DNA from: Dicyema japonicum | Taxonomy: Eukaryota; Animalia; Dicyemida | Reading direction: 5' to 3' | Assembly: GCA_011109175.1 (NCBI GenBank) | Contig: RDEW01000041.1 | Location: 248,001-312,000 of the forward strand | DNA: 64,000 nt | Shown: positions 37,020 through 49,909 of the stretch, piece after piece | How the letters are laid out: each line of letters starts with the position of its first letter | Numbering within the stretch: the first letter of the stretch is position 1 | Made by a program: the position numbers and the translations under genes | The notes under the pieces: generated by a model | Database searches by the model: none | What the model saw: only the letters and a program-made list of their open reading frames with translations | Told to the model about the DNA's origin: nothing

Positions 37020-39500
37020 ATTGTATTGAAACTTTAGCGTTTTCCACAATTTTTCCATCATGATGTTTCCTGCGTATAGAATGTGTCCAAACAGGTTCCA
37101 GTGGATATTCATGGTCAGGGTGCTCAGAGGATCTTTTGTAAAATGTAAAAACTTTTTACACGAACTGGCCACTTCAATCCCAAGAGAGACCCAAGTTGAT
37201 TCCTATGAAAGGAGTCGAGCTTTTGTCGTCGGTTTTCGAGATTCCCCGTGTTCTAGAGTTATACGTAAGGATCGGTTTCACGAAAGCCTCATACAATCTG
37301 AGTCGGAGTGATGGGCGGACTGGACCCTTTGGATCTTTCCTTCACCAGATAACAATTTCCTTCTGGCAATGTCTCCGGAGTCCCCAAGAAGCGAGCCAAG
37401 TTTTATGGTCTTCCTCAGTTTTCGGTACTGCGTGGTTCCATTCGCTTGATCTGGACAATATCCATATTCGAAGTGTTCATTAATAGAGACTATTTAACCA
37501 AGAAGTCTGATGCTACATCCAGTAGACATCCAAATGCATCTTAGTTACTTTAGACAAAGTCAACATCATCAGTGTAAACAGTTTCCATAATATCGTCGCT
37601 GTAATACTTCCGGAGATCTCTTAGAGCAGATTCAAGGTATACAGCGAACAATCTCGGAGAGAGGGAGTCTCCTCGAGGTGTACCCACTGTTTTCACGATT
37701 TCTCGCGACATTTCCAATTCCCACTCGCAACACTATATTTGATAGGAGTATCCGTATTAAAGTAACCGAGTCCTGACCAGGAAACTTTTGGGCGCTTCTA
37801 TGAGTTTTCCTCGACGGACAGTGTGGAAAGCTCTGGTGAGATCAATTCCAAGAGTAATCAATTGAACGTTGGAATCCTTGCTGAATAGTACAATGCACCT
37901 ATAGCACCATAATACATACTGTTGATCTCCCAGCTCTCAACCCACTTTGGCTTTGAGCCAAGTAACCGTCCATTGGTTCTTGGATCCGATTAAGTACGAT
38001 CAGGGCAGGGATCTTCCGCATGGTGTTTAGAAGGATGACAGGTTTCAACAGGTCCGGCGGGTTTATTTCCTTTCTGGATTGGTATTAGTACCCCTTTTCC
38101 AAACTCTGAAAAGTCCTTGTTAGCTCTCATATCATTCAGCAATCTTTAGAGTTTCTTTGCATGTTCTGTTGGGCCAAATTTAACACTTCTGAAAATACGT
38201 TGTTTGGTCCTGGAGAGCGACCAATTTTGAGCTTCTTTATCGCTCTGGAGACCTCCTCTGGTAAGATGACCCGTTCGAATTTAGTGTCTTCTCGCGTAAA
38301 GTCTATTTCTCTTCTTTCACAAACAACAGTTGTTCAAAGTGCGATTCGATTATCTCTGTCTGTTCGGCAGCATTTCCTACTCTTTTTTCATTTCTGTCAT
38401 GCAAAATAAGCTTCCCTTATTGGTTCTTCCCCCGAATTGTCAAATACCCAGAAATTTTGCAGCGTTGTTTTTAAGGTGTTCGACCTCTTTATTCTTGTGG
38501 TTGGTGTGATGTTGCTTGTTTAAGAGTTTGATTTTTTCTCTCGATTCGCCTTCGTTCTTGTTTCAGTTTGAAACAGTTTGCGGATCCACAGTATTTTCGG
38601 ATCTGATCCTTAAATCCTTTTCAGATTCAATAGGGCTTGCACGTCTGGGTGACGCTGACTGCTGTTGAGTTTAGATTTCCCAAGGTGTTTGTCAGCCGCG
38701 GAAAAGACCCCCCTGACAGTGTCAAACCATCCAATCCTCTTCATCCCACAGTCCTTTTCACGTTTTCCGCGATTGTTCTCAAAACATCATGCTTCATGAT
38801 GTTGCTTGCACGATCCTGTAAAACTCGGAGGTAGCGATAGCCTTCATGTCCATCCAGAGATTATACATCCTTAATACATTCCAGATTAGTGTCAGACTGA
38901 GACAACGAATCTCCTCGCAATACCGCGATTTGATTCTTGTTGAAATTTAGAATGACTTTCCATTGGTTTATCAACCTCTTTCCCTATCTTCACGGGTGGA
39001 CCAATAAGGAAGGCCTGCGCCGCTGCGGAGACGTTGAGGGGTAATAATAATATCGACATCTCTGAGTATTAGAAGGTGGAGAGGAAATTTAAAAAAATTG
39101 CCATACCTACGAAGCTGAATGCAGAGAATATATTGGAGATGTCGATGTTCCCCGTATTCTCTCTGAGGTACGACTGCATATGAGACCTGAAACAAGGAAA
39201 GGCTATATCTACCCAGAGATAAGCTTGGGAGAGTACTAACATCAGTTCTGTTCAAGAGTGAATATATCCCCCATGGACTTAAAGAGAAAATCTACTTTGT
39301 CTGAGATAGTGGTATTCTGAGGGTCATCAATCATGAAAAACACATATGGCCATGATCGTAGGAATAAGGTGGATGTTGCAAATCTGCAAGAAATCGACCA
39401 ATTGTCTGTTTCTTCATTGGTGGAGTACATTTAATAATCCAATATTGTGCTGAAATAGGGGATAACCACACTAAACACATTTTCCGGGGTTCTAAATATC
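37020..39500 (-). mobile_element. Near full-length degenerate RTE-like LINE (family B)
   Basis: In order on the minus strand: APE remnants, GRSPGPN, LIPIQKG, LGIDLTRAF, GTPRGDSLSP..YLESALRDLRK, YTDDVDFV and KLGSLLGD. Confidence 0.8.
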
Positions 39501-40229
39501 TTGAGATATCGGTAAGTCCATCAATGTGAATTGCCCGTTCAACAGCAACTTTCCGGTTAACAGCCTGGTCAGTGTGTGTTGTTGGGGGATAGTATATCTT
39601 TTTGAAGTATACCCTGTTCGATTTGCCACTTTCCAGTTTCTTACTTCCAAGTTTGAGATTAACTCTTCAATTTGGAATTATTAAAATGCAAAGTTCGTAA
39701 TCCACATGGGGAGCCAGGGATTCACCATTATCTCCATTAGTAAGTCATGGACATTTTACCAATATTGCGACCGCCCTATACAAAGTATTGTATGACTCCG
39801 AGACTTCAAGATATTTACTTTTCATCTAATTGACAAAAAACGTGTTAATTTGGGTTAGTGGTGTGTTGCTAAGTCTCGGAATGAAAATACTGAAATAATG
39901 GTTCATATTATTGTGACGTCACGAGATTCACATGTTGTGGTGCCGATCAGTGAAAGTTCTGCGTGAAAAGAACCGTTCGACATTCCCCATCTCTCTATGA
40001 ACTTCAGAAGGACGGGCTACCAATTTCCCTGTTTTCTCAATTTGAGGACTCTGGTTTAACGCGTATGTGGACAACAGTTTATATGATTTCGCTATTGAAA
40101 ATTTTTCGATCGACAAGGCAGCCAAAATATTGACTTTATTAATTTTGAAAACCGATGGATGTTCATCCTTTCGTCATCTCACAAGAACATTAATCCGAGG
40201 CTATCTTCACACGTCCTAGCACTTATCTG

Positions 40230-41292
40230 TATCGTCTATACGTTCCCTCAATTCCAGAATATTCTAACAAGTGGATCGTCTCGTTGGACGACTGTCACAA
40301 AAATTCGTTTATCACCTTGAAAGATCAACAGTCTTGTCAAAGAGGATGCCAGCGGGGTTAAAGCCGTTACCCCCATGCCTCGAACCCGCACGCAAACTTG
40401 CAAATAATCTTAAGAAATTTCATGTGTCGATCAACCACAAGAATTTATCACTACCATCTCTACCACATCCAAGTACGCGGTTTCAGAGCAGGCCCTTCTG
40501 AACCAACTCATTTCTATGTTAACATAGAGAGGATTAGTAAAACTACTTCAAAATCAAGACTACTCCCAAATAGAGTCCCGCAACGCTCCCTTTATATCCT
40601 TTCCTGTATAACTTATTTCTACAAGACTTACCTACTACCAAGGATCAGGGATCCATGTTTTTATTTTACGAGGACGACCTACCTATCGCTGCAATAGGTA
40701 GATCTCCTTCCGGGGTTCAGTCAAATTTCAACCAGGTGTATGACTGGCTATCTGTAAATTTTTTGTCTGTTTTATGCACCCAAGTCTCAGTTCACCCTGT
40801 TCACTACGGACAGGAGATTTAGGGTGAACTCTAGATATTCTTTGGAGACATCCCTATTCTTTCTAAGCGAATCCAGAAGATCCTTAGAGTAACTTTCGAC
40901 TCCTTAATGACGTTTTCCAGTCACATGGAGGAAATGTTAACCAAGGGGATTCGAAAGAAGAACGTTTTAAAAACTATCATAAAGAGCCCTTCCCACCTGA
41001 ATATTGTATCACATTGTCCTGACAATTGAATATGCCTGTTCGCAGGAGATTTGCCCTTTCCTATTCGAGGATCGAGCGTAGAAAGTAGCTCTCTCAGGCG
41101 GAACATCATACGGTGTATCCAATCCGAGGTCTCATCCATCACCAGTCTCCTTTCGGAGGAGGCGACGTTGAGAAATGACCAGTGTTTTCTACTTTTCTAC
41201 AAGAAGTCCGGAGACGTTGGATGCTTCGATCACCTAATTAGTAGATTTAACCTTTCTTCCTTGGTGGTCTTGGGGGTTAAATAAATAAAATT
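40230..41292 (+). mobile_element. Degenerate family A LINE
   Basis: Remnants GFRAG, RLLPNRVPQ and YEDD. The family A 3' end (CACCTAAT..CTTGGTGGTCTTGGGGG TTAAATAAATAAA) lies at 41230-41292. Confidence 0.7.
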
Positions 41293-41369
41293 CTTACCCC
41301 TTTGATCTGAGCATTTTGGAATACTTCATTTATTTCGAACAAAAGACATTATTGATTGTTAAGAGTGCT

Positions 41370-41600
41370 CCATTATACAGCACTGAACCCACAATAGGAG
41401 TTACCCCTCATGATCGTGCGCCCAATGTTATGAAAGAGCCATCGTGTCATTCTACCATCTACCTTCAACAATCCTGCAAGACGTCCGATCATCTTGATAA
41501 GCTTTGTCATGGTGCTGGCAAACACGCCGGACGTCTCAACAAAGAGGCTGAACGGCAACCGATCCTCAATGCCACAGTGTTTCCTTCTCTTTTGGAATAC
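41370..41600 (-). mobile_element. CRE-like RLE 3' fragment
   Basis: FVETSGVF..LIKMIGRL..RWLFHNIGRTIMRGN matches the CRE RLE C-terminus. Confidence 0.7.
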
Positions 41601-41898
41601 CTACCCTCTTATAAGACAATTTCATTCCAATATTATTAATTATTGATTTCCTCAATATTATATCGATCACACCATTATTTCTTTTAAATCAATGGAGCAC
41701 ACAAAACTGTTTTTCGATGCAGAATTACACCTTTGTTATAATTGTAGATTACGTCATCCAAATAAGAAGTCCATTTAAGATTTTACTGGAAAAGTTTTTG
41801 TAACCAACGTTTAATAAAATCACTCCATTTACCCTTGAGAATTCAGATGCCTTGGGAGACTAAACCTTTCTAGAACATTCTCTGCATAGAGAATTAAA

Positions 41899-42148
41899 AG
41901 AAACAATACACTTTCCGAGGATCCATAATAGCTATCGCTTCTCTCAGGCAGAACACACACTTTATTTTAAGCAAAAAACAGTCATCATAACTAATTGACT
42001 ATGGGAGAACCAAGGTATGTTCTTCACTTCTTTTGTTTTCTTTTTGTTGGGTGTATGTCCTATATAGACGATCAGGTTCCGCAGTGAGATGTTCACTGAT
42101 GACGGCGTCACTCGTCAAGCCAAAGCATAAAGATGTGTGGAACCTTCA
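41899..42148 (-). mobile_element. 5'-truncated copy of the tRNA-derived SINE with a 13-bp TSD
   Basis: Its reverse complement aligns to 47860-48095 (TTGACGAGTGACGCCGTCATCAGTG..CTCACTGCGGAAC). It is flanked by ATAGAGAATTAAA at 41886-98 and 42149-61. Confidence 0.88.
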
Positions 42149-42868
42149 ATAGAGAATTAAATCGTTTTTAAACTCCTTCCCATAATCAGATTGCCTAAAG
42201 TCAAATGGAAATAATCCTTAAAGATGACAAATATCGGTTTCAAACGAGACCTTCCAAAAAAATTATGATATTTTGAAGAAATATTTGAATCCATTATTTT
42301 CAGTGGAACAACAACTTAAATCCGTTAAATGTAAATGGAATCTCCCGCGGGGGAATTAATGTTGATCATTGGAATTTGGGTCTTAAGAAATCTATTCTTT
42401 CCTTAAAAGCCTGAAGCGTCTGACCACAATCAGAAGCCACTAGGTTCGTGAAACCCAGTATTCGTAAGAGGCTCAGCATGCCGCCGATTATGTTGGGGAT
42501 AAACAGTTAGAATTTAATAAATATTTTTTTCATTTATCGTTTTGAGCTGAAGAAAAAATAATAATGTGGCAGAAAATCAATTTTAGTTATAACTGATTTT
42601 TAATAGCCTTAATACAAACATGTGCGAATCAACTACTAAGAAATCATATCTAAAAAATTTGGTCAAGTAATACTACACTTTCAAAAAACCCACGTGGTGT
42701 TGTAAGAATAAATTATTTTTATTATGAAATTAAAAAAATAAACTCTAAAAAAATACAAAAACAGTCAATTATGCGAATATCTAAAACATGTAATTAATTA
42801 AAGACAGAATTAAATAATAATTTAAATTTAAAATTAGCAGAGTTCAAATTGGGTGGTAATTTTGGAAC

Positions 42869-45800
42869 ATGCTTCGTGTGCTTTGCCATAGAGTGAGGGT
42901 TCCCACAATTCCTCCCTTCATAATAAAACCAAAATGTCATTTATAAATGATTATTGATAGGTTTACCGAGTTTGAGACTGTATTCATCCATGAACGAACC
43001 ATACCCCAAATCATATAGCCTCGAATCTATTGATAATGTTTGTTTTGTCCTTTATTTTAGATTGAAGAAGAATTCTCCAGGATCCATGAATTTTTCGAAA
43101 AGCCTAAAAAAGATTCGAAAAGGTGGTTTTTACGAGAGAAGGACTCCGTCTTCAACTACATCGACATGTGCACCCAAATTGGCAAGGTTAGTTTCCCACA
43201 CGTAATAACTCATATGGTCCCTATTTTTTGTGTTCAATATCTCAAAGCACAATGTTAACCCACGTGTTCCTAATTTTGTTATTTTATAACCAAATACTCT
43301 TTCATATTCCACGTGGTCTCCCATTTTTATCATTCGGGTTGTCCAAATATGATAATAACTTTCATATATTTTTATGTCGCTGTAATCTACTCCGCAATTT
43401 ATAAAATAGCCACCTGTCCTTATTTGTTATTATCACTGAATTCAACGTTTTTTTACTCCAGATTGACTATGCACTCTCGTTTTTGATGATTCGATCTAAT
43501 TTACCGCGATTCGATAATCTGGAGGCGGACTACTTTAACATTCTCATGCTTAACCTCGCCGAACAGGTATTTATGACCCCGAATTCCCAGGGAGACTATA
43601 AGAAACTCAACACAGTTCTCTCTGAGATGCAGAAGCTGAGGATCGCCCCCAACGTCTATACTCACATCGCCGTCCTCGGATGTTTGTCCAAATTGGGTTC
43701 CCCTGCAGAATCAAAGGTCCGTCAGTACGTCGAAGAGGCCTCCGCCAAGGTTTATGATTACTTACTCAGGGATTCGACCTCGAAGAGTTATACACGTGCA
43801 TATATATCGACCACCTCGATCTGGCAGAGTCAGCCAAGGCTCTTTTACGCCCCTTCGGCTTCACAACGGCCAAGCGGACTCACGCTGACTACGACAACCC
43901 TTTGATAGAACACTTGAACAACATCAAAGTAAATTTAGGGTAATTTCAGACCTTTAAAAACAACTTTGTCGGGTGCTTTACAGAGGATCAAATAGAAGAC
44001 AACATACAGAACCAGCTGGACGCGGAGAGACTGTCCTTCCGTCGAATCAAGCTGGTCGGGAAGCACGTGACCGCAAAACAGCAGCCCTACGTATGTTCCC
44101 TACTTATTACAGCGGATGATGTACGATAACTTAAAACGGGAGTGGAGAAGGCATTTGAAGGAGACGCTAGAGAAGAAGACCTTCGAAAGCTTGGCAGTCT
44201 CTGCAAACACTTCCATCGCACCCTATGTGGCGTTCTTTACGGCCGACGAGGCTGCGGCCTTCATGGTGGAGGACATAGAGGAGATCCTCACCAACTACTC
44301 GAACGGATCGACCAACGTGAAAGCGGGACCTATTCCTTCACTGTGGGGAACCGCTATTTTCATCGCTATTGCTACCGGAGGAAGCATAACACGAGGATGG
44401 TAAACAAGGTATGTGTTGTGGTCATGTAGATTGTCTCTACCTACCGTCAGTTCGTCACGGAATTCAACAGTTTGCCGGAAATTCCGTTTAATTTGCGGAA
44501 ATATTGGTGTCAATTGCTAGGGTACAACGAAGACTCTCAAATTGTGGGCTCATTTTATTATGGTAGGTCAACTTTTATCGTCCTTGGTCATTGGAGACTT
44601 TGTTTATGGTCGGTAACTTCTACATGAGGCTCATGGTAGACCACGTGACTGTCAACAAGAACATAATCGCCAACTCGGTAAGATCCAAGTACTTTTTTCT
44701 GTTACCAGAAATATATCTATCCCAGCTTTCTACCTCTTCAATATCTCCACTGAGTCTAAGGTCTTTACAGAACTCAAGGTAGCATTTAAGCCTACGTAGG
44801 CTCATCCGGTGTTGAATAATCTATTCAGGGAGGTCAATTTGAATTCCACTTTGTTGGACTCTTGCAGTCTACCCATGAAGACTCCTCCTCTTCCGTGGCA
44901 GACCATTGACTCTGGACCCTTCCTATTCGTTCCCAGTTTGCGGTTTTGTTTCTTACCATAGACAACCTCATTCGGAGTCCAATGACGATATTGACCGATG
45001 CGCTCATCAGGAAATACCCTGTGAACATGTACGTTGGGGTTTTGGACTCTATCTCTTATCTTCAACTGACTCCGTGGTCCATAAACAGGCGGGTTTTTGA
45101 GGTGATGTCCCATTTCTTCAACATTTGCTTTGATGTTTACGTGAAGAGCATTTTGGAGAGAATGAAGTTAATTTTAGGCGGAATTTTAGGATGAAAGTTA
45201 GTTTGGAGGACGAAATGATTAGGTATTCCTTCATGAAGGGTCCCGTAGTTGATTCTCAGCCTGAAGTTGCCGTGAAGGTCCTCAGAAGCAAGCTTTCCAT
45301 AGCGAATGATGTATTTTTCTTGGTTTTTTGTAGTTAATAGACACTCCTTTCTTTTTTCCACTGTTTTTGGACTTTCGTGGTCGGAGTTACCCCATGGCTC
45401 CCTACCTGAACCACATGGGGGACGACATGTCGCGTGGGTTGTTACAGTTTGCTGTGGGGAAACCTCTGGGTCCGCAAGGACTCAAATGGTTGAAGATCCA
45501 GCTAGCCAATCTCACCGGGTTGGTAAAACGTGCCTCCAACGACGAGCGAGTCAAGTTCATCGACGACCACTTGGCCGATATCTTTGATTCCGCGGACAAT
45601 CCCATCAACGGAAAACGGTGGTGGCTGAAAAACGAAAAGTCGTACCAAATTCTGGCCATTTGTATGGATATTGCCTCTGCCCTTCGCAGTGATGATCCCG
45701 AGAAGTATATAACCTATGTACCCATCCACCAGGTATGATCTCGACTTACTCTAGGACGGTTCCTTCAATGGACTTCAACACTACGCAGCCTTGGGAAGGG

Positions 45801-46737
45801 ATTCAGTGGCGGCCAAGTCAGTGAATCTAATTCCCCACCCACATCCTAGGGACGCGTACTTGGATGTGGTGGAGATGGTAGTGACTCTAATTTATATTAA
45901 GGTGGAAAGTTACCGAAAAGAGGACGAAGCTTTGGGGAGCGAAGTGGCTGCCTCCTTGAAGGGAATGATAACCCGAAAGGTGGTGAAACAGACGGTAATG
46001 ACGACTGTGTACGGAGTCACTAAGTTCGGGGCGGAGATGCAAGTCCTCAAGAAACTTCAGGAGTATCCGGAAATCAAAGACATCCTTCCCGCTGCGATTT
46101 ACATAACAAAGGGAATCTTTGACGCTCTGGGGAACATCTTCAACTCTACGACTGAGATTCAGATATGGCTTAAGTACAATGCTTTCTTAATCTCCAAACT
46201 CCGTGACTCCGCCATAGAGTGGGTTTCCCCCTAGGACTTCCAATAAAGCAGCCTTACTTCAAGAACGACAAGCTCAAGAAGCTTGAGAGACTGTGTAACA
46301 TTTGATGGCTTTATTGAAGGGTGGTGAATTCTGGCAAACAGAGGACGGCATTTCCTCCCAACTTCATCCATTCCCTGGACGCTTCCCACATGTTGATGAC
46401 GACTCTGAACTGCAAAATGTAATGAGGTTGGTTATCCAAGCTATGGGATGCCATTTGCTGCAGTTCATGATTGTTACTGGGCACATCCGTCGGACATTGA
46501 CCTGATGATGGTAGTTGTGTCGGGAGGAGTTTGTAAGGCTGCATAATTCCCCCATTCTAGAGAATCTGTCTGAGCAATTTGACTCGATTATTAAGTCTTT
46601 AGCTGTGAAAGAATCGTCTCTTAAATTGACCAATAATATGCCACAGATTCAACTTCCTAAGAAAGGTTGGTTTGCTCAATAGTTTAGGCGATTTGGATTT
46701 GAATCAAATTATTGAATCTGAATATTTTTTTAGTTAG
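42869..46737 (+). CDS. POLRMT: Nuclear-encoded mitochondrial T7-like RNA polymerase
   Basis: An Arg-rich presequence-like N-terminus and a PPR-like segment are followed by [61 protein letters not shown] and a YFFS* terminus. Many 20-26 nt introns are present (e.g. 43750-69, 43929-49, 44091-112, 46666-87), plus one 275-nt intron at 43187-43461. Confidence 0.95.
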
Positions 46738-46829
46738 ACTATTTTTGTTTTAATAAATATGGTATTTTAATTTGTGATTTAAGACTTTATTATTATGTTT
46801 ATTTTGCGGCGGGAAATTTTGGCGATTTT

Positions 46830-47230
46830 AAATGTTTGTTTCTGCCTAATTATACTGAAATTTATCAAAAAGATAATACATAAATCTTCCATCTTACTAA
46901 GGGCTTTAAATCAATGCTGTTTCCAAAACACAGAGAGCATGGTTAAGTAGACTAAATCATTCTCAACTGAATATGATGTTTGAAACATAATTTCGGCAAA
47001 TTTCTCCGCACAAGTTCTTAGTTATTTTTTAATTCAATTAGTTCTTGTATTTCCTTTTCCGCATCAAACAGGATGATAACCATGGATTTATCGTCCATTC
47101 TCAATATTCCAATTAAATCGTAAAATCTTTTATGCATATCATCATTCAAATTTTGTAGGCGAGAAATACAAATATCTGTGTTATATTCTTTATCGTAAAA
47201 ATCAAATTAACTAAAATTTCCTCTGATTAA
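46830..47230 (-). mobile_element. Probable hAT (Buster/Charlie-like) transposase C-terminal remnant
   Basis: LQNLNDDMHKRFYDL..IQELIELKNN*EL resembles the L..DF..RF.D..QEELIEL..N.EL region of Buster-type transposases (from memory). Confidence 0.4.
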
Positions 47231-47364
47231 ATTATATTTATAAAATTTAATTTTTTCAATAAAATTTTTATTATTTTTTTAAATCGATCAAATTGACGTA
47301 ATCTCCTTGTAAATCAAGTGAAATTTAATTTAACTTTAAAAATCCAATCTCCTAAAAATTTGGC

Positions 47365-47534
47365 TCTTATGAAACTAGACTCCAGAATGAGGAGATATGG
47401 CACAGTAAATTCAGTCAGCCGTTCTGTAAACAAGGAAGGAACACCGGGAAAAAGTGAGGTCACTGTTTAAATACATTAAAATCACGTGATAATTAGTTGT
47501 TTTACCGTGGTCTTGGGTTGTTAAATAAATTAAA
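47365..47534 (+). mobile_element. Short family A-like LINE 3' fragment between about 25-bp direct repeats
   Basis: Ends CCGTGGTCTTGGG..TTAAATAAA. It is flanked by AATCCAATCTCCTAAAAATTTGGC (47341) and AATTCAATCTCCGAAAAATTTGGC (47536). Confidence 0.6.
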
Positions 47535-47780
47535 AAATTCAATCTCCGAAAAATTTGGCCGCTTCACTTTCGGACCCAGGCCATGCTTCCAAGCAAGCCG
47601 AGGATCAGAAGAGTTGGAAGTACCTACTTTTTTGTAATTTAAAAAAACATTGTTGTGTTTTTGACATAAAAAATATAATTTTGACTCTTTTTGTGATTTA
47701 AAAAATTATAATATGTCACGTCAGAACCGCGATAGACCTCCACCAGTGTTTCCACTGACTTCATCTTAACCAGGTATACT

Positions 47781-48106
47781 AGCCGGGTGGCATAGTGGTT
47801 AGGTGTCGGGCTTAAGTGGCTTAGGCTACGGGTTCGAATCTTGCTGTTGTTCACCTGGTGGAAGGTTCCACGCATCTACGATGCAGAAAGGTTTTGACGA
47901 GTGACGCCGTCATCAGTGGATACTCACTGCGGAACTAGATTGTCTAGAAAGAACACTCACACAAGAAAAAGAAAAAAAAGAAGTGAAAATCATTACTTGG
48001 TTCTATGATTAGTTAAAATTAACTGTTCTTTACTTAAATAAAGTGTGTGTCCTGCCTATGCGGAGCTATAAATACTATGGCTCTCGTGAAAAGGCTTTAT
48101 TATTAT
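47781..48106 (+). mobile_element. Full-length tRNA-derived SINE
   Basis: The head has an A box (TGGCATAGTGG) and B box (GGTTCGAATC). The body is shared with 41899-42148. The 3' tail is shared with the RTE LINE 3' end and finishes in (TTA)n. Confidence 0.85.
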
Positions 48107-48599
48107 GTGTGTTATAAAGTTAAGCTGATGGCTCAGTGTTTCGTTAAAACAACCCAAGAATAAATTGATATATTGGAACAGAAGGGGATCGATCTAATGA
48201 AAAGACAAAAAATACCGATTAACTCAAAAGTCAAAGAATTTTTTATCTATCAATGGGAGGTTATACCTTAAAGACACAAATGAAAACCACAAAATTGTCA
48301 TCTTCTCTAATAATTAGTGGCCTCGCAAATTCATCAATTGGCCCATTGTTGACACAACACATTGGAACAATATTGCAATGAAAGATATTTTTTCATGAAG
48401 AGAAATTATTCGGAAAGTGGTGTCAGAATGTGATATTCCATGTAAGAGCATTGTGACTGCTTCAACGTCTAACAAATTCATAGTCGGCCTAACAATCCAA
48501 GGAGTCAAGGATTATCGAACGCTTCAATCAGACAATCACAAGATCACTATCTAAGATGATGTCCGAGGATAAGTGTTGGACTAAAAACATAAAGGAAGC

Positions 48600-48900
48600 A
48601 GATGGAGTGAACATGGCGTTACTGGTAATTGATCAATGCACGACAATACAACGAGCGGAAATTCGACCAACTCGCACATATTGACAGGTTCTTCCGTTCG
48701 ACATAGGAGCGTATCCAACTTCCGGCCTGAGAAATACTCACGGAAGCAGGCCAAACTGGTAGTCAGACTCGGAAAGCTTGGAATCATTCTCTCCCTGTAT
48801 ATCTCTCGTCGCTAATGGCCTGCAACACCCTTGTCAATAGGATTCTACACTCCTCCCTGAATTCTCTTCATACCAGGACGTCGTTGATGATTATGAGGCC
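48600..48900 (+). mobile_element. CRE-like fragment of the 52-53 kb subfamily
   Basis: CTCTCCCTGTATATCTCTCGTCGCTAATGGCC is nearly the reverse complement of 52249-52280. Confidence 0.65.
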
Positions 48901-48999
48901 TGGAGCGTACCTATTATTTTTTCCAACCTTCCATGATTATTACTAAAACACATTTGAAACGCATCAAAAAGTAGTTAAAAATGAATAATTTTTGCATGA

Positions 49000-49909
49000 T
49001 CATAATTTTAAAATATTTTTAAGCATGCCTGCGAAGCTTAGTCGCCACTTGAAACAGAAGATTTCCGATTCTTTAATGAAAGCAAATTTGTCAGAAAGAA
49101 AAATTTGTCAATTATACAAAATTGGAAAAGGAACTGTCTCACGAATTAAAAAAAAATCGGAAAAGGGGTATCAAAAACACAAATATGCTCTGATGAACTC
49201 TCATCTAAGAATTCGAATCTGATCTTTCTATTCGAATTGATCGATTAGTATTCGAAGTCTTTAAAAATTTGAGAGAGGATGGTATTTCAGTTTCAGGATT
49301 TCTCCTCAAAACTATTGCAAAAAAAATTGCAGCTAATCTTGAATGATTTCAAAGCATCAAATGGATGGTTGGATCGATTTAAAAAAGCGCCATGAATTAT
49401 TGTTCAAAGTAATTTCGGGGGAAAAGAACTCATGTGACAGAAATAAAATTGTAGATTTTTTAACGATTACGACAATTTATTTGATAAATACGAGAAAAAA
49501 GATATTTTTAACTGCGACGAAACCTCTCTTTTTGTTAGACAAAATCATGTAAATCATTTGTCTCTTTAAATGATGATTGTTTTGGTGAAACGAAAGCAAA
49601 GAACGAGTTTCAGCTCTCTTATGGTGCAGTCTTGAAGGTGAGAAATTAAAGCCCCTTGTTATCGGGAAATTTAAATCGCCAAGATGCGGGCTCAAAGAAT
49701 ACTATGAATTCAGAATAAAAATTTCAAGATTCTAAGAAATAAGTATAACACTGGGTTCAAATTAACTGATTTTTCACATAAAATAAATCCTATTTTTTAT
49801 TGAAACAACATATTTTGTTATTAAAAATACAAATAATAGTTTTAAAATGTAAGAATTATATATACCCTCTATATTTGGGGCACTTTTCTACTGGGGCGGG
49901 GTCGTACTG
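49000..49909 (+). mobile_element. Internally deleted second pogo/Tigger element
   Basis: Contains an HTH (LSERKICQLYKIGKGTVSRIKK), SNGWLDRFKKRH, NCDETS and GKFKSPRC, then jumps to YYEFR. The right TIR is GGGGTCGTACTG|TA; the left TIR was not found. Confidence 0.8.

Noticed and set aside
6301-46737. Genome-wide reassignment of UAA/UAG to Gln or Glu
   Set aside because: POLRMT ends at the canonical YFFS with TAG, and RPS20 and ATG5 end at their expected C-termini with TAA. Other genes use CAA/GAA freely with no internal UAR. Only a gene-specific or context-dependent effect remains possible.
42869-46737. Prophage or horizontally acquired phage RNA polymerase
   Set aside because: It has many spliceosomal introns, a presequence-like N-terminus, a PPR-like segment and a YFFS end, and no phage genes lie nearby. 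This is the nuclear POLRMT.
47781-47860. SINE head as a functional tRNA or ochre (TTA) suppressor explaining the kinesin stops
   Set aside because: The acceptor and anticodon stems pair poorly. A TTA anticodon would lack U33. The sequence continues directly into a repeated SINE body.
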